NCBI GenBank assembly: GCA_951406725.2
Contig: OX597817.1
Location: 48,918,001 to 48,982,000, forward strand
Direction of reading: 5' to 3'
DNA: 64,000 bases
Source: Octopus vulgaris
Lineage: Eukaryota
The notes below the pieces were generated by a model, which saw only the letters and a list, made by a program, of their open reading frames with translations, was not told the DNA's origin and searched no databases. Of this stretch, positions 49,116 to 61,350 are shown piece by piece (position 1 is the first letter of the stretch; each line of letters starts with the position of its first letter). Both the position numbers and the translations under genes were made by a program.

Positions 49116-50740
49116 TACAAAGCGATGCCGATAACGAAAATGACGATAATAATGATAATGGTAATGCTGGCGTTGATATCAATACTAGAAACGACAGCAA
49201 TAACAGCAATATCACGATCGATTCACCAGATACCACCCTACCGACTACCAGCAGCACTACTTCGTGTTTCTCTCCAGTTAACCATCATAAAACCTATAAC
49301 TGCAACTTCAGGTCTAGGACAGATTGCCCGCTGGAAGCCCAATGCAGAAGATTCAACGTCGTATACCGATGCACCGTTCCCAACTTGGTAAATAAATCCT
49401 GTAGCTACTATATTGGATCCAGCACCGATTTTAAACAAAAAAGTATTATGCACATTTAAATTCGTTTAAATATAAGAATAGCAATTCCACATCACTAGCC
49501 AGCCATATACACCACCTAATTAATAGAAAAATACAGTATAAACTTTCCTGGGGTATAATAGACTCGGGTACCCCATATCAGGGCCAACAATCCAGTTGTG
49601 GACTTGCTTAAAAGAAGCTCTCAAAATTCTAGCCACAACCCACCACAATTACGTAATAAATACAACGAGACCTTCACTATGTGTAAGCACTAATTCTTCC
49701 GCATTTTAAATTCTTTCATGAATCTAAATGTAAGCTCACCCTCCACGAATAGCACCCACATTCAAACCCCTATGATCTTTAACACATACCCCTTCTATAT
49801 CTCTATAACTCTTATTTCTACCTTGTCTTTCCACTCTTCTATCTACCTTACCTCATCACACTATGTGATAGATATTAATTCTTTAATTTATCCTTAATTT
49901 ATTTTTAAACCTTAACCCAATAAACCCCTTAATAAAAGTCTCCTAACTCTAACTCCCATTCATAAATAATTCAAAATTCAACTAGCTCTTCTTTTCTCAC
50001 GATCTACATACCACACACCTCATTGCTAAAAATAATTCTACAGTCACTGGCCTTAGCTAGAACAGATACAAACAGTTAATACTAAATTTCCTTCCCCAAC
50101 AACTTTAGACTTTGAAACTACCAGACATCTATTACTCTCTCTAAATTCCTTTCATTTTGGTCTATTATTTTAGCCTATCTTCCTCTACCTCCTCATCTTC
50201 TCGGCTACACCGTTCACAATTCTTAGACACCCAACACCTTGATCCTATAGCCAATCCTTAAAATCCACCTGCCACCTCAATCTATCTACCTCTGTCTAAT
50301 TTCTTTTCTTTACTTTTACCACTTAATAGCCATCTCCGCTATCATTCTGTTAGTGAAGGTCAATATATTCGCGTCTTTTTTCTTGGGAATTCTACTATAT
50401 CAGGTTTTTAACCCACATAGATATACGCAGGATTGCGCCTAAGGACTTACACTCACAGATCTACGCAGGATTGCACCTAAGGACTCATGCTCTGATTTCT
50501 ATAACTTCCGAAAGTTGAACTATGAACTTATATGCTTCTTTTTTCTTCTTTCTTTCTAAGTTGTCCTTACCCTCGAACGCGGAGTAGACGAAACAGGGAC
50601 AACTGAAGAAGGAGGATATTCCTTGTGTTGTATGTCTTGTACTCTGTCTTTTCGTTGTTTGAAAAAAGTCCGTTTCCATGTTTTTGTTTTTATGTTTCCG
50701 TTTCTCATTGTGTTCAACGTATTTTTGATGTCCTGTACCC
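47880..50740 (+). mobile_element. Penelope-like retroelement 3' part (thumb, Asn/Thr-rich linker, GIY-YIG endonuclease, 3' repeat)
   Basis: KLSYSSAPNLESIIASSNKRKL at ~47920; NCNFR..DCPLEAQC..VVYRCTV...YYIGSSTDFK at ~49300-49440; STSLASHIHHL..LSWGII..C..KEAL..RNK..MCKH. Confidence 0.85.
48520..49084 (+). mobile_element. (AAT)n-tailed retroposon inserted in the trinucleotide linker of the Penelope-like element
   Basis: Ends GTGTCACTTTGATGGCATGCACTGCTCT.TCACTC(AAT)n; the same end occurs on the minus strand at 36975-37012. Confidence 0.65.
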
Positions 50741-51216
50741 ATGTATGCATGTATATATACATATAGATGTAGGTATGTACATATGTGTGTATATATGCAT
50801 ATATTTATATATTATTTATATTATATATGTGTGTGTGTGTGTATTTACAGTATCTATGTATCATATTAAATGTATATTTACTGTTGGAAGGCTGTTGCTG
50901 TGTAACTGTCTGAGATAAAATCTCTTCCGTGGGCTTGTTGTGTTAGCTTCTTATTTTATCTTACCTATTCATCTGTAGTCAGGTGGTAAGCTGTTGGCAT
51001 CGTTAACAGGTCAAACAAAATGCTAACCGCAATTTCTTCCGGCTCTTTACCTTTCATCCCTTTGGGGTCAATAACGTAATATACAACTCAACGTACGGAA
51101 TCAATGTAATCAATTTGTCCCCTCAAATAGAAATTGATCCCTTCAACAGGTCAACGTCTCTAATCTCGATCTATTTCATACAACAAAAACCGAAAAACAA
51201 CCTCATGAGTCCTAGG

Positions 51217-51273
<57 letters not shown>

Positions 51274-51635
51274 AATAAAGCAATGGTTTGTTCAATTGTG
51301 GTTTTGTTAGCATGACATTTTCCCACTTCTTTTGTTCGCCGGTTGCAAACTGGCGATCAAGAAGTGAAGGACCGTTCGTATGTTACTCTAGTTAATTTTT
51401 TAGGCAGAGCTGCTAGCTTTCCCACATTCAGCACTTCGATTACAACTGTAATTAAAATTTTACTGTAACTCCTGCTGCGTTGTCATCTTCAAATATCCCC
51501 AGAAGATTGAAGAGTTATCTACGCAACCCTATGGAACAAGATCAGTTGAATAATTTCGCTCCGTTTTGTATTTAAGAGACGCATGCAAAAGCAATTCTGT
51601 ATGAAGATGATATAAATATTAAAGTTATAAAAAAA

Positions 51636-52860
51636 GGCGGCTAGCTGGCAAAATCGTTAGCACGCCGAGCGTCTTCATGTTCTGAGTTCAAATTCCGTAG
51701 AGGTCAACTTTGCCTTTTATCCTTTCGGAGTCGATAAAATAAGTACCAGTTAAGCACTGGGGTCAATGTAATTGACTTGCCCCATCCCCCGAAAACTGCT
51801 GGTCTTGTGCCAAACTTTGAAATCAATATTAAGGATGTATAAGCTGGCGAATTGGCAGAAACGCTAGCACGCCGGGCAATGGTCTGAGTTCAAATTCTGC
51901 CGAGGTCGACTTTGCCTTACATCTTTTTGAGGTCGATAAAATGAGTAACAGTTGAGCACTGAGATCAATGTAATCGATTTAACCCCACCCCCAAAATTGC
52001 TGCCAGAATTTGTAACCAATATGAACGATGTATTCGGCTTTAGGAAGCATAGGAGGTCTCTTCTGTTCTCGGGTGTTGCTTGGATTTCATCCCTGATGTG
52101 ACAATGAAATATTAAAAGCGACGTCAAAGATTTTTATTTCACAATTCAATTTTGCATTTTTTTTTTTTTTGCATAACTATTACAGTTTTAATCTTGAATA
52201 CGTTATTCTTTTCTACACTAAACACAAGGCCCGAAATATTGGGGGAAGGGGGCAGTCGATTAGATCGATCTCAGTACACAACTGGTACTTAATTTATCGA
52301 CCTCGAAAGGATGAAAGGCAAAGTCGACCTCGACGGAAATTGAACTCAGAACGTAACGGCAAATCTCATGTACCGAATTATCAAGACACTGCTTGCATGG
52401 TGGTGACACTTGCTTACAACGATCACGCAAAACCAAGGCAAGAAGATATTAACACACACGCGTGCACATACACACACACGAACTTCTTTCAGTTCCTGTC
52501 TACCAAATCCGTTCATAAGGCTTTGGTCCATCCGGTGCTATAATAAAAGACACCTGCCTAAGATGCCACGCAGTGGGATTGAACTCGAAATCATGTAGTT
52601 TAAAATAAAACTTATTACCACACAGTCACACCTATTTCTTTACTACCCACAAGGGGCTAAACACAGAGGTGACAAACAAGGACAGACAATCGGATTAAGT
52701 CGATTACATCAACCCCAGTGCGTAACTGGTACTTAATTTATCAACCCCGAAAGGATGAAAGGCAAAGTCGACCTCGGTTGAATTTGAACTCAGAACGTAA
52801 CGGCAGACGAAATACCGCTAAGCATTTCGCCCGGCGTCTCATAGTCACATCTACGCCTAG
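51636..52860. mobile_element. SINE cluster: A(+), A(+), A(-), B-variant(-) with nested A2(-) at 52633-52839
   Basis: Nested A2 has TSD ca(c/t)agtcaca(c/t)ct at 52621-52633 and 52840-52852. Confidence 0.8.
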
Positions 52861-52933
52861 GTTCAATAAAGAAAGAGAATTTCCAAGCAAAAACAATTTC
52901 TAGAAATAGTGAATAATATTAGCAAAATTTATG

Positions 52934-53030
52934 TTTATTATTTTCAATGAATAGGAATATATTACAAAACAGTACAAGGCACAAAATTGCATATCTATCA
53001 CGTGTGGCGCTTCTGGGTGGCCGTTTTATT
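52934..53030 (-). promoter_or_regulatory. Candidate polyadenylation signals of the SLCO gene
   Basis: Minus-strand AATAAA at 53030-53025 and 52939-52934, just downstream of the stop codon. Confidence 0.45.
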
Positions 53031-53067
53031 TTTAGTTAACACAGTTTTCGAAAGGTTAGTCAAATAC

Positions 53068-53351
53068 TCAAAGAGCTGTGAAGGTTTCGCTCACGTAGTT
53101 GTCACTCAATCGATATTGCTGGCCGACGTTTGATCTAGTTTTTGACGGAGGTGGTTTATAAAGGCATTTGGCGATTACGAGAAAGAAAATGGATAATGCC
53201 CGTACAAAGATTGTTAATAAAAAGAAATTGCGAGATAATAATTCTTTTTGGTAAATCCAACAAGAAGTTCCATTCTTGGAACAGGAACTTTTCCACACTC
53301 TACAAGCTTTGTCAATGGCGAATCCAAACAGTAATGGACCTTGGAATGTAC
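53068..53351 (-). CDS. SLCO: SLCO/OATP organic anion transporter, last coding exon
   Basis: tttcag acceptor; GTFQGPLLFGFAIDKACRVWKSSC..GTSCWIY (conserved GP..FG..ID..C..W...C....C..Y), TM12, LYKPP, ends SETFTAL*. Confidence 0.95.
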
Positions 53352-53499
53352 CTGAAATGAATAATTCTATATACTGAAACAACAATGTACCTTTCAAAAT
53401 AATTTAAGAAAATTGTGTATCGAAGGTTATGCGTTTGAATGATGCATTAACAAAAAAAAAAACAGAGAAAAGTGATTTTAACTTGAAGCTGATGACGTT

Positions 53500-54128
53500 A
53501 TTCTTTTCTACTCTAGGAACAATGGCCGAAATTTTTGTGGGTAAGGAACCAGTCGATTAGATCGATCCCAGTACGCAAATAGTACTTAATTTATCAACAC
53601 TGAAAGGCAAAGTCGACCTCGGCGGAAATTTGAACTCAGAACGTAGCGACAGACAAAATACCTATTTCTTTACTACCCACAAGGGGCTAAACACAGAGGG
53701 AACAAACAAGGACAGACAAACGGATTAAGTCGATTATATCGACCCCAGTGAGTAACTGGTCCTTAATTTATCGACCCCGAAAGGATGAAAGGCAAAGTCG
53801 ACCTCGGCGGAATTTGAACTCAGAACGTAATGCCAGACGAAAATGCGGCTACGCATTTCGCCCGGAGTGCTAACGTTTCTGCCAGCTAACGTTTCTTATT
53901 TTACTGCCAACAAAGGGCTACACACAGAGGGGACAAACAAGGAAGGACAGACAAACGGATTAAGTCGATTACATCGACCCCAGTACATAACTGGTACTTA
54001 TTTAATCGATCTCGAAAGGATGAAAGGCAAAGTCGACCTCGGCGGAAATTGAACTCAGAACGTAGCGGCAGACGAAATACTGCTAAGCATTTCACCCGGC
54101 GTGCTAAAGTTTCTGCCAGCTCGCCACC
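53500..54128 (-). mobile_element. SINE A2/A cluster in the last SLCO intron
   Basis: Three successive units with an AAAGAAATA|GGTATTT junction. Confidence 0.85.
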
Positions 54129-54273
54129 TTTTCCCGGCTTTTTAACTAACCTATTCATTTGGGTTCACAATTACTTGAATTTTTGATAAAGTAGGGAAGG
54201 AGAGGGAAAAATAATGATTTTAATTTTTATTATTAAATAATGCAAAATGAAGGATAAAAGAAGATTCTTTTAC

Positions 54274-54338
54274 CTAGTAAACGTGCAATGAAAGCAGATA
54301 TTCCAATGGCATGGGACCGATGACTATCTGGTGTGCAT
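54274..54338 (-). CDS. SLCO: SLCO/OATP penultimate coding exon (65 nt)
   Basis: ttcttag / gtaaaa splice sites; (R)CTPDSHRSHAIGISAFIARLL(G); phases 2 and 1 join both neighbouring exons in frame. Confidence 0.95.
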
Positions 54339-54849
54339 CTAAGAACAGAAATGAAAATATTTGTTGCATACATATTAATTAGTGAAGACATGTTATTTGG
54401 TTGATTATACTAATTTTAAACTTTGAAAAGACGACGCAAATTTTGGAGATCGGATACAGCAGTCGATTACAATCAACTGATCGGGAAGATTTGACCTAAC
54501 GAATGGACTTAAATGACCGACTCCTCTAAAGGAAGGGCCAATGTCCGTGGTCTTTGCAAGCTTTCTTTGACCAGTGAGATTAGTGTTGTTAACTTTCCTT
54601 GCAAGACGCAATGAAATTTTAGAAAAAATAAATAAGTAAATGAGTGGAAATTTTACCGGTGATTATGTTAAATTATAAAGCACTAAAAGAGAATGGCTCT
54701 CCCCAGACACAACAGAATATGCTTCCACACACAAACTCACATAAAGAATCTTGCAAAGCAAATCCAAAGACGAAGCTTTCCTCTTGTTCTTTAGTAAATC
54801 AACAGCACCGGGAAAGATTGAGCAAGGAGAGAATTCCAAGAGGACCACG

Positions 54850-54991
54850 TTTCAGTCATTTGACTGTGGCCATGCTGGAGCACCGCCGTTAGTCGAGCAA
54901 ATCGACCCCAGGACTTATTCTTTGTAAGCCTAGTACTTATTCTATCGGCCTCTTTTGCCGAACCGCTACAGACACACAAACATATACACAC

Positions 54992-55051
<60 letters not shown>

Positions 55052-55977
55052 ATATATACGACGGACTTCTTTCAGTTTCCGTCTACCAAATTCACTCACA
55101 ATGCTTTGGTCGGCCCGAGGCTATAATAGAAGACACTTGCCCAAGGTGCCACGCAGTGGGACTGAACCCGGAACCATGTGGTTGGTAAGCAAGCTACTTA
55201 CCACACAGCCACCCCTACGCCTAGTCTCAAGACTGTGATGTTGAGAAAAAGCATCAGATTCAATAAGGTCCCCCACCCTCTCGTGGGCTAAAAAATAAGG
55301 AAAAGGCGTTCGGCAACATCCCACCTATTTCCAACACCGTTCTTTTTTTTTTTTCGATTATGTTCAGTTATAAATTACATGTTTTTCATTATATTCATTT
55401 ACAAGCTACCTATAATAATTTTTACCACACACACACACATACATGTTATTGCTTCCCAACCACATTGTTGTGGGTTCAGTCCCACTACGTGGCACCTTGG
55501 GCAAGTGTCTTCTACTACAGCTTTGGGCCGACCAAAGCCTTGAGATTGGGTTTGGTAGAAAGAAACTGAAAGAACCCCGTCATATATGTAAATATCAATG
55601 TGTGGGTTTTGTGTCTGTGTTTGTACCACCACGCCCCATCACACCACTTGACAACTGGTGTTGGTGTGTTTACGTCCCCTTAACTTCAGTGGTTCGGTAA
55701 AAGAAACTGATAGAGTAGGTACTAGACTTTAAAAAAGTCCTGGGGTCGATTTGTTCGTCTAAAACCTTTCAAGGTGGTGCCCCAGCATGGTCACAATCAA
55801 ATGACTGAAACACAGGCGCAGGAGTGGCTGTGTGGTTAGTAGCTTGTTTACCAACCACATGGTTCCGGGTTCATTCCCACTGCGTGGCACCTTGGGCAAG
55901 TGTCTTCTACTATAGCCTCGAGCCGACCAAAGCATTGTGAGTGGATTTGGTAGACGGAAACTGAAAAAAGCCTGTCG

Positions 55978-56014
<37 letters not shown>

Positions 56015-57302
56015 CCCCAACATCGCTTGACAACCGATGGTGGTGTGTTTACATCCCCGTAACCTAGCAGTTTTGAAAAAAGAGCGATAGAATAAGTACT
56101 TGGCTTACAAATAATAAGTCCTGGGGTTGATTTGCTCGACTAAAAGGCGGTGCTCCAGCATGGTCGCAGTCAAATGACTGAAACGAGTAAAAGAGTATAT
56201 ATACTCTTTTACACATTTCAGTTATTTGACTGCGGCCATGCAGGAGCATGAAATTATATATTTCTTCACACATACACACATACCCTGTACTATTCGTATT
56301 GTTGTAACAAAGGTAGAACTTTGTCATTCAGAACCGATAATGATATGCTTAGAGCAAAGGGCTTGAGTTTTGGAAGATAACTTCACAATGAATACACCAC
56401 AATGAATACACCACCAAATCACTTTTATTTTTCAGTGATAGACCTATCACTTCTGACCCTTAAATTGATTTATTGTAGATTGTTAAATAGCCAATACACT
56501 TGTAAATAAACTCTATGCATTTTTTTTCTTTATGTTTATAGTTTGACTGGTTTGAAACAAGCATATTTTGCCACGGACCAGGGGTATCACGTGCATAACA
56601 AAACACAATCACGTGTATGATATAGAATTTAATTACTTTTACTCTTTCACTTGTTTCAGTCAGTTCGCTGTGGCCATGCTGGAGCATCACCTTTAGTCGA
56701 ATACATCGACCCCAGGACTTATTTTTCGTAAGCCTAAACACACCAACATCGGTTGTCAAGCGATGGTGGCGGACAAACACGGACACAAACAACACACACA
56801 CACACACACACATATATACGACGAGCTTCTTTCAGTTTCCGTCTACCAAATCCACTCACAAGGCTTTGGTCGGTCCGAGGCTATAGTAGAAGATACTTAT
56901 CCAAGTTTTAGTCATTGATGCAGGAGCACCGCCTTTAGACGAGCAAATCTACCCCAGGACTTATTCTTTGTAAGCTTAGTACTTATTCTATCGGTTTCTT
57001 ATGCCAAACCGCTATGTTAAGGGGACTTAAACACACCAGCATTGGTTATAAAAGCGATGATGGGGGACAAACATACACACACATACACACATACACACAC
57101 ACACACATACATATGTATGTATATATAAATATATATATACAACGGGCTTCTTTCGGTGTCCGTCTTCCGAATCCACTCACAAGGCTTTGGTCGACCCGAG
57201 GCTATAGTAGAAGATACTTGCCCAAGGTGCCACTCAGTGGGACTGAACCCAGAACCATATGGTTGGTAAGCAAGCTACTTACCACACAGCCACTCCTACG
57301 CT
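54850..57302. mobile_element. SINE B cluster in an SLCO intron: (-)54850-55222, (+)55450-55810, (+)55815-56190, (-)56640-56905, (-)56905-57302
   Basis: Family B head, CORE-like core and tail motifs in both orientations. Confidence 0.85.
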
Positions 57303-57497
57303 TATACTTAACAAACTGCAGCTTAAGAATCGTATTGGAGACGATGGTGTTGGGGTCAGGTAATGCGAAAGTAAAATATAATAGAAAAGGGGCCAAGCGA
57401 AAAAATGAAAGTAGTTTTTCTTTAGACAACATGCTCTATGTACAATTATATATCATATTTATATAATTTACGAAAATATTACTATTAGCTAGCTTAC

Positions 57498-57664
57498 CTG
57501 AGAATTATAGAAACCATTGGCGTTTGTGCTGCAAACGTGAAGAATGTTGCCACGAATAATATGGCGATGACCATATAATAAAAGTTGCATTTCTCTGTGG
57601 GACACTTTCCTTCGGAAGCTGTTGGAGTCGTTGAGTTCGTAATGCATGAACAATTAAAATGTGT
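57498..57664 (-). CDS. SLCO: SLCO/OATP internal exon (167 nt; end of extracellular loop 5 plus TM10)
   Basis: cttttccag / gtaagc splice sites; THFNCSCITNSTTPTASEGKCPTEKCNFYYMVIAILFVATFFTFAAQTPMVSIIL(R); absent from the ORF track; upstream exons not found in the window. Confidence 0.95.
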
Positions 57665-57724
57665 CTGGAAAAGAATTAAATAATTTATACATACATAAAT
57701 ATATACATACGCACATACATATGC

Positions 57725-57790
<66 letters not shown>

Positions 57791-58224
57791 ATGCGTATAC
57801 ATAAATATATACACATATACATTACTATATGTATACAGGTATATACATAAGAATATATATAAACATGTATATAAATATATATACACATATACATTACTAT
57901 ATGTATACAGGCATATACATAAGTATATATATATACATTCATACATACATTTAAATACATATATATATATACATATGCATATTTATACATATACATCAAT
58001 ACATATCCATACATAGATACATGCATACATACATATGCATTAATATATATATATATATATACATACATAAATACACATACAGTGGCGAAGGGTGACTAGG
58101 AAACGAGGGCATGCAGTCCACCCTACCCACTGAGTTTGGTGGTGATGGTGGGGTTCCGAATCTTCCACCCTCCCCCGTTTTCCGCGAAAAGTGTAGTATT
58201 ATAAATGTTTTGAGATATGGGGAG

Positions 58225-58460
58225 GGATCTCTTCAGTTTGGCTCACAGATCTTTTAATTATTTTTTTTTAGCTAAATAGTTTGAAACTTCGTATTCTGGT
58301 GTAATTTCTCACGCTGAACACAGTTTACTTTCAACACGTTTGTCAAAATTTCGTATTTTAGCAGTTATTTCGTGTTAAAGTTGTCGCATTTGGGTAATTT
58401 TAACCAATCAACGACGTGCACTCAGCTGAAGAAACCTATTGCTGTTTGCGATAGTAATCG
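58225..58460. mobile_element. Partial GGATC-ended MITE
   Basis: Starts GGGATCTCTTCAGTTTGG; inverted homolog of 3540-3775. Confidence 0.55.
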
Positions 58461-58569
58461 AAGAGCAACAACTTCCGGGTCATCTCTACTAAATATATTT
58501 TTCAACGACGTGTGGATTATTCCGTGTGTTCTTTGACCCGGAAATTGTTGCTCTGGACGGACACACGCG

Positions 58570-58600
<31 letters not shown>

Positions 58601-59249
58601 CTGTGCCTCATACTCAAACGCATCACGGAAAGCCAATGTAATAACTGAGGTATCAGCACGAAAATAATATCTCTTATGGACATACTGTGTTTAATAAACC
58701 TGTCATTGCTTTCTCTGTAACCACTAGGTTACTGAGACGTAAGCGATGCAGCACTTGCTGAGGCGGTTGTGGGGTGGACACACACACACATACACACACA
58801 TAAATATATGTCGCATTTCAGCATAGTTTCCCCTCTCTCAAATTCACTCACAAATCAAGGATTGGTTCGGGGCTATAGTAGAACGCATTTGCCCATGTGC
58901 TGCACGTTGGGAGACTACGTGTTGACAACACGAATATCTTAAATCTGGCGATATTGGAGCCCACAATAACACTGAGAAATAACTATGAACATAATTTCCT
59001 TTGAGTTCAATGTTTCACTTGCCTTACACTAAAATTGGCTGATTTTCAAAACTGCAATCTCATTTCTTCTATCTCATCGTGTATGTTTTTTTTTCTACAG
59101 CTTACTCACTGAACAAGCCCAAGTGTATTGTTTGTTTGTAAGTAAAAAGGCGGTCAACCGAGTGCTTTTATTATTTTACTGATAAAGAGAAAAACTTTTT
59201 CAGATCTGGTGGTTTAGGTTGAATTTTTGAAAAGCATGGTTGCATGTTA

Positions 59250-59456
59250 CTCTCTACTCTCTCTTTTACTTGTTTCAGTCATTTGACTGCGGCCATGCTG
59301 GAGCACCGCCTTTAGTCGAGCAAATCGACCCCAGAACTTATTCCTTGTAAGCCCAGTACTTATTCTATCGGTCTCTTTTGCCGAACCGCTAAGTGACGGG
59401 GACGTAAACACACCAGCATCGGTTGTCAAGCAATGCCAGGGGGACAAACACACACA

Positions 59457-59508
<52 letters not shown>

Positions 59509-59680
59509 CATATATACGACAGGCTTCTTTCAGTTTCCGTCTACCAAATCCACTCACAAGGCATTGGTCGGCCCGGGGCTATAACAGAAGACACTTGCCC
59601 AAGATGCCACGCAGTGGGACTGAACCCGGAACCATGTGGTTGGTAAGCAAGCTACTTATCACACAGCCACTCCTGCGCCT
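59250..59680 (-). mobile_element. Full-length SINE B
   Basis: Near-consensus head to tail. Confidence 0.9.
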
Positions 59681-60002
59681 ATGTTGTTATTTTTGGGGGG
59701 TGGGGGGGAATTTGAAACTAAGTCACAATTATTGGCCAATCAGATGCCGCAGCTGGTCTTTAGTCCTTAAAAGTCAACTTTCTGTTTGATGATGGAAGCG
59801 GGGGTGGGGTGAACTGTCTTGGTGCATGAAATTACATGAATGTGGCCAAAATATAGGAGTGACAAGAACTGTGAGGGGGGGGGTTGAAGAAGAGAGAGCG
59901 CGGAAGCGAGAGAGAGAAAGAAAAAGACAGCAAATAAGACTGTATTTGAAAGAAATTGACCGATTCAGATCACACATAAAATGCAATAAGTAAAGCAAAA
60001 TG

Positions 60003-61170
60003 GGGCCTGGTTGGTTTTGGCTGCCAGCATTTCAAAACTTAAAGCTTACTCTTTTACGCTTTTACTTGTTTCAGCCATTTGAGTGCGGTCATGCTGGAGC
60101 AGCGCCTTTAGTCGAGCAAATCGACCCCAAGACTTATTCTTTGTAAGCCTAGTACTTATTATATCGGTTTCTTTTGCCGATACCGCTAAGTTACGGTGAC
60201 GTAAACAAACAGCATCAGTTGTCAAGCGATGTTGAGGGGGGAACAGACACACAGACATATATTCACACACACACATACACATATACTTTCAGTTTCCGTC
60301 TACTAAATCCACTCACAAGGCTTTGGTTGGCTCGAGGCTATAGTAGAAGACACTTGCTCAAGGTGCCACGCAGTGGGACTGAACCCGGAACCATGTGGCT
60401 GGTAAGCAAGCTACTTACCACACAGCCATTCCTACGCCTTATCGAAAATTTTAAAATTTGGCACAGTAATATCTTTTCCAAACTGAATTGCTGGAGTTAT
60501 TTCACTTTTTCAAGAAAAATGGTTTTAAAAAGTTGGATTATTTTCACCCAGTCAGGAATCAGGATTTGGAAAAAAAAACTCCAGCATATTTTCAATGACA
60601 GTACCCTGAAAATAGCATGTGTTGCAATATCTGTTAACAACACGTGTTTTATAGTTCGAAGCACTCATTATGCTTTTAAGTTTTATCCGAAAAACGATAC
60701 TTTGCTGTTATTTTTAGCACACCTCAATGGCAAAAAGAAACGAGTAAACAAATAGTTTTAAGTATTCAATATGCATTTAATGCGAATGCGATGAACAACA
60801 CGTCACAAATTAAATATTTTTTTTTAAAAACAAGCGTTTTGTTGAACAGCTCATAAATTTACGTGCTCAATTGTCAACAGACAGGTGAAACAAGTGGTTT
60901 CAATATATTTGTCAGTACGTGCTTTCTCGCAGACAAGTGGGTTCTCATGATACGCTTGTTACTGTGGAAACAGGCATGAGTGCATCTGTGGCTTACGATT
61001 AGCTAAAATTACCCCAAATTTTCAAACCTTAATTACTAATAACTCTTTATTTATTGATTTATAGCGAAATGATTTTCACGTCATTCGTTAACCAATAAAA
61101 GTGTATCATTACCCTGAATATGAAATCAATTCGAACAGAATTGATGCTGGCAGCCAAACCGACTAGATCC
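60003..61170. mobile_element. MITE with GG-start TIRs and 8-bp TSD, containing a nested SINE B (60046-60440)
   Basis: TIR GG(G/A)(C/T)CT(G/A)GT(T/C)GGTTT(T)GGCTGCCAGCAT; TSD g(c/t)aaaatg at 59995-60002 and 61171-61178. Confidence 0.8.
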
Positions 61171-61229
61171 GTAAAATGTACGTGAAAGCAAATAAATACC
61201 GAACAATAACTTTGCACATAAATATAATG

Positions 61230-61350
61230 TTATTCATTTATATTATATAGAGGGCACTATTACACATAGATGTCTCACGCTGGGAGGGAGTCCCTCCCAG
61301 CGTGAGGCATCTATGTATAACAGTGCCCTCTATATAATATAAATAAATAA
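61230..61350. repeat. Hairpin palindrome (60-bp arms, ~1-nt loop)
   Basis: TTTATATTATATAGAGGGCACT..CTCACGCTGGGAGGGA-G-TCCCTCCCAGCGTGAG..AGTGCCCTCTATATAATATAAA. Confidence 0.92.

Noticed and set aside
50559-50625. Hammerhead candidate (GAAAC...CTGAAGA) in the Penelope 3' region
   Set aside because: Motif order and spacing leave no room for stems I and III, and no GAAA follows the CTGAAGA hairpin
53352-53397. N-terminal MKGTLLFQYIELFIS of the ORF-track SLCO hit
   Set aside because: Intron sequence upstream of the tttcag acceptor
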